A stretch of 64,000 nt of DNA, from assembly GCF_013315695.1 (NCBI RefSeq), contig NZ_CP054353.1. One strand, 5' to 3'. Of this stretch, positions 26,101 to 34,805 are shown piece after piece (position 1 is the first letter of the stretch; the number at the start of each line of letters is the position of its first letter). Position numbers and translations under genes: made by a program. This DNA comes from Escherichia coli (GTDB lineage: Bacteria; Pseudomonadota; Gammaproteobacteria; Enterobacterales; Enterobacteriaceae). Below the pieces are notes generated by a model, which worked only from the letters and a program-made list of their open reading frames with translations, did not search any database and was not told the origin of the DNA.

Positions 26101-26188
26101 GGTGAGGTGTCCGAGTGGCTGAAGGAGCACGCCTGGAAAGTGTGTATACGGCAACGTATCGGGGGTTCGAATCCCCCCCTCACCGCCA
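26101..26188 (+). tRNA. serW: tRNA-Ser (anticodon GGA)
   Basis: GGTGAGGTGTCCGAGTGG...long variable arm...GGTTCGAATCC...CACCGCCA; anticodon loop CTGGAAA. Confidence 0.9.
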
Positions 26189-26199
26189 TATTCAAAGAA

Positions 26200-26228
26200 G
26201 AGCTCGTACGAAAGTACGAGTTTTTTTT
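26200..26228 (+). terminator. rho-independent terminator after serW
   Basis: AGCTCGTACG-AAA-GTACGAG followed by T8. Confidence 0.6.
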
Positions 26229-26529
26229 CGCATTTTATCTGCCTGTACGGCAGTGAACGGTATAAAAATCGAGTTTTTCTTTCGGTTGGCTTTCTAAGCT
26301 GCCTGTACGGCAGTGAACTCAAATACTACACGTTTAGCTCGTTGTTGATAAAGAAAAATCATCTCATTTTCCTGCCGCACCCTTTTTTATTCTTACCTTC
26401 CAGCACCATTAATTATCAACAACTTACCTTCACATCCAAAAATAGGGTTTTCACCGTTCCACCCTACAAACAAAAAGTCCGTAACCTCTTTCGAGATTAC
26501 GGACTTCACCAACCTACCTAACAATTAGA

Positions 26530-28806
26530 TTAATGCGCTGCTTCCGCCTTGTGCTTTTGTGCACTCTGGAATCCGTAAGTCAGCTCATTTTTCTCTTTAT
26601 CCAGCGCAACCGTCACCTGACCGCCGTCCACCAGCGAACCAAACAACAGTTCGTTGGCGAGCGGTTTTTTCAGGTTGTCCTGGATGACACGCGCCATCGG
26701 ACGTGCGCCCATTGCCCGGTCGTAACCTTTCTCGGCCAGCCAGTTACGCGCTTCCTGGCTCACTTCCAGAGAAACACCTTTCTGATCCAGCTGAACCTGC
26801 AACTCGACGATGAATTTATCCACTACCTGATGGATCACGTCGGTGGAGAGATGATCGAACCAGATAATGTTGTCGAGACGGTTACGAAACTCCGGCGTAA
26901 AGATCTTCTTGATCTCTTCCATCGCATCGGTGCTGTTGTCCTGGTGGATAAGACCAATCGATTTACGCTCAGTTTCTCGTACCCCAGCGTTGGTGGTCAT
27001 CACCAATACCACGTTACGGAAGTCCGCTTTGCGTCCGTTGTTATCGGTCAGCGTACCGTTGTCCATCACCTGCAACAGAATATTGAACACGTCCGGATGC
27101 GCTTTCTCGATTTCGTCCAGCAGCAGTACCGCGTGCGGATGCTTGATTACCGCATCGGTCAGCAGCCCCCCCTGATCAAAACCAACGTATCCCGGAGGCG
27201 CACCAATCAGACGGCTGACGGTATGGCGTTCCATATACTCGGACATATCAAAGCGCAGAAGCTCAATGCCCAAAGCTTTCGAAAGCTGTACCGTCACCTC
27301 TGTTTTCCCGACCCCGGTAGGGCCGGCAAACAGGAACGAACCGACCGGTTTATGTTCGTGACCTAAACCTGCACGCGCCATCTTAATGGCTTCAGTCAGC
27401 GCCTCAATGGCTTTATCCTGACCGAAGACCAGCATTTTCAGGCGATCGCCGAGGTTTTTCAGGGTATCGCGGTCACTCTGAGAAACACTCTTCTCTGGAA
27501 TGCGTGCAATACGGGCCACCACGGACTCAATATCCGCCACATTAACGGTTTTCTTGCGTTTGCTGACCGGCATCAGACGCGCGCGAGCGCCCGCTTCGTC
27601 GATAACATCAATCGCTTTATCCGGCAGATGACGATCGTTAATGTATTTCACCGCCAACTCTACCGCCGCACGCACCGCTTTTGCGGTATAACGCACGTCG
27701 TGGTGCGCTTCATACTTCGGTTTCAGGCCATTGATGATTTGAACAGTTTCTTCGATCGACGGTTCAGTAATATCAATTTTCTGGAAGCGACGCGCCAGAG
27801 CACGGTCTTTCTCGAAAATGTTGCTGAACTCCTGATAGGTTGTCGAACCAATTACGCGAATTTTACCGCTGGAGAGCAGCGGTTTGATCAGGTTAGCCGC
27901 ATCGACCTGGCCACCAGACGCTGCACCCGCACCGATAATGGTGTGGATCTCATCAATAAACAGGATGCTGTTAGTGTCCTGCTCCAGCTGCTTGAGCAAC
28001 GCTTTAAAACGTTTTTCAAAGTCGCCGCGATATTTTGTGCCCGCTAACAGAGAACCGATATCGAGAGAGTAAATCGTACAGTCAGCCATCACTTCCGGCA
28101 CATCGCCCTGAACAATTCGCCAGGCAAGACCTTCCGCAATCGCGGTTTTACCGACACCAGACTCCCCCACCAGCAGCGGGTTGTTTTTACGGCGACGGCA
28201 GAGAACCTGAATAGCACGCTCCAGCTCCTTCTCACGACCAATCAGTGGGTCGATTCCGCCCACTCGCGCAAGCTGATTCAGGTTCGTCGTGAAATTCTCC
28301 ATACGTTCCTCCCCACCAGCTTGTTCTTCGCTGTTTGGCTGGCTGCCAGGATCAGAAGACTGTGTCGGCTCGTCTTTACGCGTGCCATGAGAGATAAAGT
28401 TCACCACATCGAGACGGCTGACTTCATGTTTACGCAACAGATATGCCGCCTGCGACTCCTGTTCGCTAAAGATAGCGACCAGAACGTTTGCACCGGTAAC
28501 CTCATTGCGACCGGAGGACTGGACATGGAAGACCGCACGTTGCAGTACACGCTGAAAACTCAGCGTCGGCTGTGTGTCGCGCTCCTCTTCACTGGCAGGC
28601 AGAACGGGTGTGGTTTGTTCAATAAAGGCTTCCAGTTCCTGACGGAGCGCAACCAAATCCACAGAACACGCTTCCAGCGCCTCCCGGGCAGATGGGTTAC
28701 TGAGCAGCGCCAGTAACAAGTGCTCGACGGTCATAAACTCATGACGGTGCTCGCGCGCTCTGGCGAAAGCCATATTTAAACTGAGTTCCAGTTCTTGATT
28801 GAGCAT
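26530..28806 (-). CDS. clpA: ATP-dependent Clp protease ATP-binding subunit ClpA
   Basis: 758 aa from ATG 28806 ([24 protein letters not shown]). Confidence 0.95.
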   Translation of the reverse strand: MLNQELELSLNMAFARAREHRHEFMTVEHLLLALLSNPSAREALEACSVDLVALRQELEAFIEQTTPVLPASEEERDTQPTLSFQRVLQRAVFHVQSSGRNEVTGANVLVAIFSEQESQAAYLLRKHEVSRLDVVNFISHGTRKDEPTQSSDPGSQPNSEEQAGGEERMENFTTNLNQLARVGGIDPLIGREKELERAIQVLCRRRKNNPLLVGESGVGKTAIAEGLAWRIVQGDVPEVMADCTIYSLDIGSLLAGTKYRGDFEKRFKALLKQLEQDTNSILFIDEIHTIIGAGAASGGQVDAANLIKPLLSSGKIRVIGSTTYQEFSNIFEKDRALARRFQKIDITEPSIEETVQIINGLKPKYEAHHDVRYTAKAVRAAVELAVKYINDRHLPDKAIDVIDEAGARARLMPVSKRKKTVNVADIESVVARIARIPEKSVSQSDRDTLKNLGDRLKMLVFGQDKAIEALTEAIKMARAGLGHEHKPVGSFLFAGPTGVGKTEVTVQLSKALGIELLRFDMSEYMERHTVSRLIGAPPGYVGFDQGGLLTDAVIKHPHAVLLLDEIEKAHPDVFNILLQVMDNGTLTDNNGRKADFRNVVLVMTTNAGVRETERKSIGLIHQDNSTDAMEEIKKIFTPEFRNRLDNIIWFDHLSTDVIHQVVDKFIVELQVQLDQKGVSLEVSQEARNWLAEKGYDRAMGARPMARVIQDNLKKPLANELLFGSLVDGGQVTVALDKEKNELTYGFQSAQKHKAEAAH

Positions 28807-28836
28807 AGGCACCTCCCCCAATTTTTATGCCTGCAT

Positions 28837-29157
28837 TCAGGCTTTTTCTAGCGTACACAGCAATGGATGCTCATTCTCCCTCGCGTACTTGTTCACCATC
28901 GCCACTTTGGTTTCTGCAACCTCGGCGGTAAAGACTCCGCAAATGGCCTTCCCCTGGTAGTGAACAGCGAGCATCAATTGCGTTGCACGTTCTACATCAT
29001 AAGAAAAGAATTTTTGTAACACGTCAATAACAAACTCCATCGGAGTGTAATCATCATTGACTAATATCACTTTATACATAGATGGCGGTTTTAGCGCGTC
29101 GCGAACTTTTTCTTCCGCCAGTTGATCAAAGTCCAGCCAGTCGTTCGTTTTACCCAT
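28837..29157 (-). CDS. clpS: Clp protease adaptor ClpS
   Basis: 106 aa [42 protein letters not shown]. Confidence 0.95.
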
Positions 29158-29328
29158 TGTCAGTTATCATCTTCGGTTACGGTTATCGGCAGAACGCCCT
29201 GCCGCTGACAAGAGCTTATTTGCCTGACCAATCTACTCCACATGATAGATAACTATCATTTATAACATCTCATTGATTAGTCTTTATTTTTCATTGTGTT
29301 ACAAATAACAGCTCTGTCAAAAACAGCG

Positions 29329-29355
29329 AAATTAACTACACCATTAACTACACCG
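29329..29355. repeat. 27-bp direct repeat AAATTAACTACACCATT(A/G)ACTACACCG, left copy (right copy 40368-40394); candidate integrase binding or att sequence
   Basis: two copies, one mismatch, each followed by clustered CGAACAA motifs (29356-29395 and 40400-40510). Confidence 0.5.
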
Positions 29356-30293
29356 TTTCACGAACAATATCGAACAACCACGAACAAAGATCAACACGCT
29401 TTAACCGTTATCATTTTCCGGCTATCCGTTATGAAGCTGGTGGATGTTCCCCGATATGGGGATCCCCACCTACCGGAATTTTTGCCAGGTTAAATGTTAA
29501 CCTCTGCCCTGTTAACATTTTTACCAAAAAGGTAGTTAACATTTTTTGCACGCAACCAGATGAATCATAAAGAAAAAATCAACAACAACGCTTCATCAGG
29601 CAGTTAACATGTTAACTACTACGAAACGGTAATTTTTTCTCTGCGTGAGAGGGGGCGCGGTGTCCAGCTTATTCGTTGTTCGTGGCTAACCACTCCCCCC
29701 CCATGCCGGATTTTTTTTCCGGTTAACTGTTAATCAGGCTGGTGGGTTTTACATACCCTTGATCACCGTAATGATGATCCAGATCTGCACATTTCCACCA
29801 ATGGTGGAAAAGCCCACAGCAGGCCGCCCAGCCTCCACCAATGGGGTAAAAGCATCAACCGTAACGAAAGTCGTTATGGTTGCCACCGATACCCCAAATT
29901 TGGGTATCACGAGTAAGCCCCAAAATCTGGGTGTTACTCTTACCACCCAAACTACGGGTAGTTTCCGTAGTTTCATGGTCGAGTTGCAGATCTGCAACTC
30001 CCCCATTAACCACAGGCGAATTTCCGCCTTCGGTCATTCCTTAATCATCTGCGTAATCATAATGATTATTCAGCAAGCGCAATTTTGCGCTTTGCTTAAA
30101 GTTCAGCGAGTTACCGCGCCGACTTCCTCAAATTGAGGTTTCCGAAAATATCAGCGGGTTAGCGATTAAGCTGATCATTAATTAAACTGCGAAAATTTCG
30201 TAGTTTGTGACTGTCTTTCAGGCAGCTTGTTAACAGTCCTCAGAAGCGAGGGATGTAGCCACCCATTTTTGGTCCGTCGGGAATATCAACCAG

Positions 30294-30575
30294 TTACCGC
30301 CGCAACCGCTCCGGCTTCTTCCAGTGGTACGTTATTTTCTCCTTCTCCCGATACATCTCCACGCGGCGACGGTAGGCCAGCAACTCAAGAACTCTGGTTC
30401 GTATGTTGCGCATATCCACGCCATTAAGTTCTATACCATCACGGCGCATCACCTCCGCAACAACACGCGCATAATTTTCAGCGGTCACGCTGTCCGGCTG
30501 CGTGGCCTGTTCGTCAACCTGCTGGCTGATTCCGGCAACGCGGCGGATTAATCCCAGTATTTCGGCTTCTGTCAT
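30294..30575 (-). CDS. hypothetical protein (93 aa) next to the left cos site
   Basis: ATG with G-rich SD; no family recognised. Confidence 0.45.
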   Translation of the reverse strand: MTEAEILGLIRRVAGISQQVDEQATQPDSVTAENYARVVAEVMRRDGIELNGVDMRNIRTRVLELLAYRRRVEMYREKEKITYHWKKPERLRR

Positions 30576-30610
30576 TGTGCCCCCATCGTTCTGATAGTCT
30601 GGTGTCGTCG

Positions 30611-30840
30611 GGTCCTTCCTGGAATTATGGCCCGTTACGGGGCGGCGACCTCGCGGTTTTTCGCTATTTATGAGATTTTTTGAGGGGGTGGTTGTTGTTT
30701 AATTGTTTGGTATATCTAATTGATAAGTAAGGTAAAAATAAAATAAATACAACAACCTTACGATGTATTTTGATGTCATTAATGTGAAAAAATTCAATGA
30801 TATCAAATGGTTTTGTAAAAACACATGGTTGTTGTATCGC
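30611..30840 (+). other. lambda-type cos site, copy 1 (cosQ-like, cosN GGGCGGCGACCT at 30640-30651, cosB-like region pointing rightward)
   Basis: GGGTCCTTCC..GTTACG-GGGCGGCGACCT-CGCGGTTTTTCGCTATTTATGAG closely matches remembered lambda cos; three GGTTGTTGT repeats (30690, 30749 inverted, 30828) as candidate TerS sites. Confidence 0.6.
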
Positions 30841-31008
30841 GTATTTGATGGCGTAACAGAAAGTGATTTTTAACTTTACCGCTCTGTAACTACGGATTAT
30901 TCCATGCTGGCACGGAGAACGGCTACGGCATGACGCCACCCAGCCTATACAGCACAGTAAAGCCGATAAATTGTTAATCACGCGCAGCAATGCGTGTGAT
31001 TTTTGCAC

Positions 31009-31206
31009 ACTTCCGGTTAACGGGTACGATGTCCGGTTTTAGTGTCTGTTTTTTGCGCATGTCCGGTTCATAGAAAGCATGTTTTTATATTTTTCATATG
31101 GTTAACTTGCAGAGAAACCGGACATGGATCCCGGAAAATTTTCATAAATAGTGAAAACGCGCGAGGTCGCCGCCCCGTAACGGGTCCATATGCCGGAAAG
31201 GACCCG
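31009..31206 (-). other. lambda-type cos site, copy 2, inverted (cosN on the minus strand at 31164-31175, cosB-like region pointing leftward)
   Basis: minus strand reads GGGTCCTTTCCGG..CCCGTTACG-GGGCGGCGACCT-CGCGCGTTTTCACTATTTATGAAAATTTTCCGG, near-identical to remembered lambda cosQ-cosN-R3; three ATGTCCGGTT repeats (31029, 31059, 31116 inverted). Confidence 0.65.
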
Positions 31207-31208
31207 TA

Positions 31209-31233
31209 AAAAAAAGCCGGATTTCTCCGGCCT
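31209..31233 (-). terminator. rho-independent terminator ending the island capsid operon
   Basis: minus strand GGCCGGAGAAATCCGGC followed by T8, directly after the 137-aa gene stop. Confidence 0.55.
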
Positions 31234-31237
31234 TGTC

Positions 31238-31651
31238 TCAGATGGTTTTCAGTATGCGATCGATGTCGCCGTCATCGCCCTGGTTTCTGCCATCGTACGC
31301 CATGCCAGCTGATACGGCTTGCGGGCTGTGCATGTCCATAAAGTTTTCAAAGGCTGCGGTAAGCTCTGGTGCAACCTTTGGGCGCTCCTGCTCTATGGTC
31401 ATGTTCAGGATTTCACGAGCATTATCGACGCTAATACATGGCACGTTTGCCATTGCACGTAACAGCGGCTGATAGTCGTTATGTTCATGAAGCGCCATAA
31501 TCGCATCAGCGCGCGGCTTGTCCTGTTCTTCCAGTTTGTTGAGTTGATATACGGCCTCGTAGGTTGATAAACCTCTGTCAGCCATTGCCCGCGCTTCTGC
31601 TTTAAATTTACTCGCCAGCGGTAGCGCCATGATGCTTTCATTCGTTGCCAT
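31238..31651 (-). CDS. hypothetical protein (137 aa), last gene of the capsid operon
   Basis: ATG with AGGGGAA SD; no family recognised; candidate packaging-redirection factor by position only. Confidence 0.5.
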   Translation of the reverse strand: MATNESIMALPLASKFKAEARAMADRGLSTYEAVYQLNKLEEQDKPRADAIMALHEHNDYQPLLRAMANVPCISVDNAREILNMTIEQERPKVAPELTAAFENFMDMHSPQAVSAGMAYDGRNQGDDGDIDRILKTI

Positions 31652-31663
31652 CGTTTCCCCTGC

Positions 31664-31999
31664 TTATCGCGCCAGCGGCTGAACGGATACGCCAGAACCC
31701 GCAAAGGCGGCGCATTTTTTCGCGTCAGTGTCGGCGCTCTCAGGCCAGTTTACGGCGGCGATATTAAATATCCCCGTCTTGTAACACTGTGCTGATTTCT
31801 GCTTTGACGTGTCCACGGGGTACGAAGTCAGATAAACAGCCTTGCCAGATTCCTGACCATCCCACGGCTTAAACTCGCCATTGTCCGCCAGCATCAGCGG
31901 GGTAAATTCCTGAATAACGCCAGCATCAGCGGCAAAATGTACCAGCGTCGTGGATACCTGCTGACTGCCTGCAAATAACTCAATGTATGGAGTGTCCAT
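31664..31999 (-). CDS. head decoration protein, lambda gpD-like
   Basis: 111 aa; shares TPLMLD, WDG, YK(S/T)G.F, WPE, AFAG motifs with remembered lambda gpD (110 aa). Confidence 0.65.
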   Translation of the reverse strand: MDTPYIELFAGSQQVSTTLVHFAADAGVIQEFTPLMLADNGEFKPWDGQESGKAVYLTSYPVDTSKQKSAQCYKTGIFNIAAVNWPESADTDAKKCAAFAGSGVSVQPLAR

Positions 32000-32011
32000 A
32001 GAATCCCCCCG

Positions 32012-33067
32012 TTAACCAATTTTGACGGTAACAAATTTGCGAATATCTGCCGGAACCGGCTGCGGTGCGCTGTGCGTCTGCACGTACTCAATCGCCGGAT
32101 CGCCGTCCTCAATCCAGTTTTTCGGGTAAAACATGTTTTGCGTTGCGCCCGTTCTTACCGCTTCCTGTTCCAGGATCGCACCATAGGCCACCAGCCCTTT
32201 ATTGTTGGTGTTGCCCAGGACCAGCAAATCAGGCTCAAGGAAATATTTTTCTGTGCCGTCGCTGTCAGTGTATTTGCCGGAATAGACGATAAGGGCCAGA
32301 TCACCAAGATAGCCTTTAAAGCTCACCACTTCGCCCAGGTTTTTACATGCCAGCTCTGCGGCGGATTCTGAACCACGGGAGAGATCGTACAGTTCACGGA
32401 ATTTTTTAAAGCTGCGTAACATGCGCCATACATCAACGCCCATAATCATGACGTTTGCGGGGCAACCTGCCTGATCTGCGTATAGCTCAATGTCATAGAT
32501 TGGGTCGTGTATGTCTTTGTCCTGCTCTGACCATTTTTTACCGTCGGCCTGCTCTATGATGTTTTTTTCCGGTATCTTCCAGTCGATTTCATAGCGCTCT
32601 ATGCCTTCGCCCTCAATGATGTTTTTTCCGGTCGTTACCGCATTTACCGCCAGCCATTCCACGCGCGCTTTAATGGCGTTTATCTGGCGGCGCATGTTGC
32701 CAGTAATCAGGCGCATACGGCGGTAGGTAGGGTCGTTAAGCTGTGCTGGATCTTCTCCAGCCATGCGCATTATTGTTTTTAATGGATCGATTTCGTGTTT
32801 TGGCTTCATGTAGCCAGGGCGAATAATGCTTGTTTCGTACCCTTTATCGCGCTGAACCTGGCTACCCACCATAGGCGAACAAAACGCCGACATAGTGACT
32901 TCTTCAATATCCAGGTTATCTAACATGATGTCCTGTGTGTTGAATGTCGCCACGTTCGGGAAAAACAGCGCGGTAAACAGCGGACTGAATTTAAATTCCG
33001 CAATATCCTCGCGATTCAGGTACGCAAAAAGCTGGTTAGTGTTAAGTGCTATTGCTTTTACTGTCAT
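32012..33067 (-). CDS. major capsid protein, lambda gpE family
   Basis: 351 aa; collinear similarity to remembered lambda gpE (FKF.PLF..LFF, PGY(V/M)KPKHE, DP.YRR.R, YPKNW..GDPA, SAP); start overlaps the upstream stop (TAATG). Confidence 0.85.
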   Translation of the reverse strand: MTVKAIALNTNQLFAYLNREDIAEFKFSPLFTALFFPNVATFNTQDIMLDNLDIEEVTMSAFCSPMVGSQVQRDKGYETSIIRPGYMKPKHEIDPLKTIMRMAGEDPAQLNDPTYRRMRLITGNMRRQINAIKARVEWLAVNAVTTGKNIIEGEGIERYEIDWKIPEKNIIEQADGKKWSEQDKDIHDPIYDIELYADQAGCPANVMIMGVDVWRMLRSFKKFRELYDLSRGSESAAELACKNLGEVVSFKGYLGDLALIVYSGKYTDSDGTEKYFLEPDLLVLGNTNNKGLVAYGAILEQEAVRTGATQNMFYPKNWIEDGDPAIEYVQTHSAPQPVPADIRKFVTVKIG

Positions 33068-33273
33068 TATTCACCCCCGTGAACCTGATTCATACCCAGC
33101 GCCGCGCGTAAATAGGCGCGTACCTGCCAGCCTGTTGACGGCTCAACCATCGCCAGCGGATCAAGTCCTGCCGCAATGCCTGCTTTTACGTTCTGCTGGT
33201 GGCGTTCCTTGAGCGCCTTCACGATGTCGGGGCTTATGTACACCGAAACACCGCCTTTTTTCTCTTCAGCCAT
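33067..33273 (-). CDS. hypothetical protein (68 aa), first gene of the capsid operon
   Basis: ATG with AAGAGG SD; translationally coupled to the capsid gene. Confidence 0.5.
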   Translation of the reverse strand: MAEEKKGGVSVYISPDIVKALKERHQQNVKAGIAAGLDPLAMVEPSTGWQVRAYLRAALGMNQVHGGE

Positions 33274-33302
33274 AGTAAGAAATTCCTCTTTGACTTAAAA
33301 AA

Positions 33303-33357
33303 TCATAACTGGATGTTCATCCAGTTATGATTATAATCATGATTGCATTTTGTGCAA
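33303..33357 (-). promoter_or_regulatory. promoter of the island capsid operon with a 28-bp palindromic operator
   Basis: minus strand TTGCAC-N16-TATAAT immediately followed by perfect palindrome TCATAACTGGATGAACATCCAGTTATGA. Confidence 0.5.
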
Positions 33358-33527
33358 TGATATTGAGTTGCGTTGCAAATTATGAAATTATTATCCCGAT
33401 CATGTGTGTCAGTGCACCAAAAAACCTCATATGCAAAAGCCCGATAAGCCACCTCTGACCTTATCGGGCTTTTTTTGGGCGCAAAAAAGCCGGATTGCTC
33501 CGGCTGTGTGGTGTGGTTCTGGTATTC

Positions 33528-33776
33528 CTACTCTGCTAATTTGCTCAGCCCCATGTCTGCGTAAGTGCGATTTACTGCATTTCTCAGGTCTGCATAGTTC
33601 TCCGTTGGCGGCTCCGGTGGCCTCTGTGCCTTCCTGGAACATTCCAGCCGTCGCATCGTGATGTGATGCCGTTCCTTGTCTGTCTCCACCAGCATCATGA
33701 CTTCACCCCATCGCGCCGCCGCCCTCCGGTAAAATCCTTTCGCTTCGAGTTCTTCCGCTATGCGGTCATGTACCAT
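33528..33776 (-). CDS. small regulator, possibly PerC/Pch-family transcriptional activator
   Basis: 83 aa from ATG 33776 with GAGGGGG SD; LEAKGFYRRAAARWGEV resembles the PerC-family core as remembered; weak call. Confidence 0.35.
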   Translation of the reverse strand: MVHDRIAEELEAKGFYRRAAARWGEVMMLVETDKERHHITMRRLECSRKAQRPPEPPTENYADLRNAVNRTYADMGLSKLAE

Positions 33777-33786
33777 CGTCACCCCC

Positions 33787-34197
33787 TCAGAACGGAATAT
33801 CATCACCGTAAGGGTCATCGCCTCCCGCTGGTGGCTGATTACCCTGTGCGCCTGTGGTTTTGCGTCTGTTCCCGCCAGGACGTGCCGCACGGGCACTGAT
33901 TACGCTGTCTGCAATAACCTGATAACCCTGACGCGTCTCCCCGTTCTGTCCGGTCCACTGGCTTACCTGCATCGTGCCGGATACGCTGGCAACGTCGCCT
34001 TTTTGATGTTTAGCCAGGAAGTCGGCCTGCTTACCAAATGCGATGACCGATAGCCATAACGTCGCCTGTCCGTCCTGTGCCTGACTGCATGGCAGTGATA
34101 CCGCCATACGCGCCAGCGTCATCGGTGTGCCCTTGCTGGTCTGTTTTACCTGCGGGTCGTCCACCAGCCGACCGTAAGCCGCTATCTGTGCTGTCAT
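33787..34197 (-). CDS. single-stranded DNA-binding protein (SSB-like)
   Basis: 136 aa; OB-fold pattern (W..V.AFGK.A, KGD.V.V.G, W....G..R) and C-terminal acidic tail ...DDPYGDDIPF typical of SSB. Confidence 0.65.
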   Translation of the reverse strand: MTAQIAAYGRLVDDPQVKQTSKGTPMTLARMAVSLPCSQAQDGQATLWLSVIAFGKQADFLAKHQKGDVASVSGTMQVSQWTGQNGETRQGYQVIADSVISARAARPGGNRRKTTGAQGNQPPAGGDDPYGDDIPF

Positions 34198-34445
34198 GAT
34201 TCCACCTCTCCGGTTTTAACGTTGATGGTTGTTACCTGTTCCGCTTCGGCAATCTCCCGTTCTGTCAGCGTGGCAAAGTTTGCCGCCGCCGTGGTCATGA
34301 ATGCGCTTATCAGGTCGGGATGTTCCTTCGCGTATCCTTCCCGCGTGTGGCGGTCTATCGTTCTGATTGCCACCTTTAAGGTGTGCTCAGTCATGTCTAA
34401 CGCTTTATATTTTGGCTCTGTTCTGTCTCTGCGTGTTCTGGTCAT
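34194..34445 (-). CDS. hypothetical protein (83 aa)
   Basis: ATG 34445 with GAGGTGG SD; stop overlaps the SSB start (ATGA). Confidence 0.4.
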   Translation of the reverse strand: MTRTRRDRTEPKYKALDMTEHTLKVAIRTIDRHTREGYAKEHPDLISAFMTTAAANFATLTEREIAEAEQVTTINVKTGEVES

Positions 34446-34469
34446 TTGCCACCTCAATTTATATATATA

Positions 34470-34805
34470 GAAACATGTGCGGGTTATGCGGGTTATTGGG
34501 TTATCTTAGCGTGCTAACCATTTTTTATCCTTTTATATCAGTATTTTGCAAAACACCCTGTTTATTATTTGCCCACCACGTAACCCGCAAAACGCTCAAA
34601 ATAACCCGCAAACGGGGTTTTTTCTGCGGGTTACGCATGACTGTCCGGTGTTACTTCAGTTATTCGCCTGCGGGTTATAATCGTGCTTTTGCGGGTTATA
34701 AATGCCCTTTTGCGGGTTACGTGCGGGTTATTGGTTTCCTTTATATTCATGCACTTAATACACTTATACACAGGATAACCCGCATAACCCGCAATTTTTT
34801 TCCTC
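34470..34805. repeat. iteron array, candidate replication origin of the island
   Basis: at least 12 copies of GCGGGTTAT / ATAACCCGC in both orientations within ~330 bp of AT-rich DNA, directly downstream of the primase-replicase gene. Confidence 0.65.

Noticed and set aside
29760-30010. Retron msr/msd or CRISPR leader in the structured island region
   Set aside because: No reverse transcriptase or cas gene nearby and no regular repeat-spacer periodicity; only irregular short hairpins.
29749-30136. Overlapping ORFs of 85 aa and 125 aa on opposite strands in the island left non-coding region
   Set aside because: They overlap each other across the palindrome cluster, lack ribosome-binding sites, and their sequences are dictated by the hairpins.
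31238-33273. gpE/gpD genes as a remnant of a degraded lambdoid prophage
   Set aside because: No other lambdoid genes in the window, gene order is E then D (opposite to lambda), the operon runs toward cos rather than away from it, and the genes sit in an int-alpA-primase element with its own att repeats.
33303-33330. Possible LexA (SOS) box in the capsid operon promoter
   Set aside because: Half-sites are CTGG/CCAG, not the CTGT/ACAG of the LexA consensus; kept as an operator of unknown specificity.
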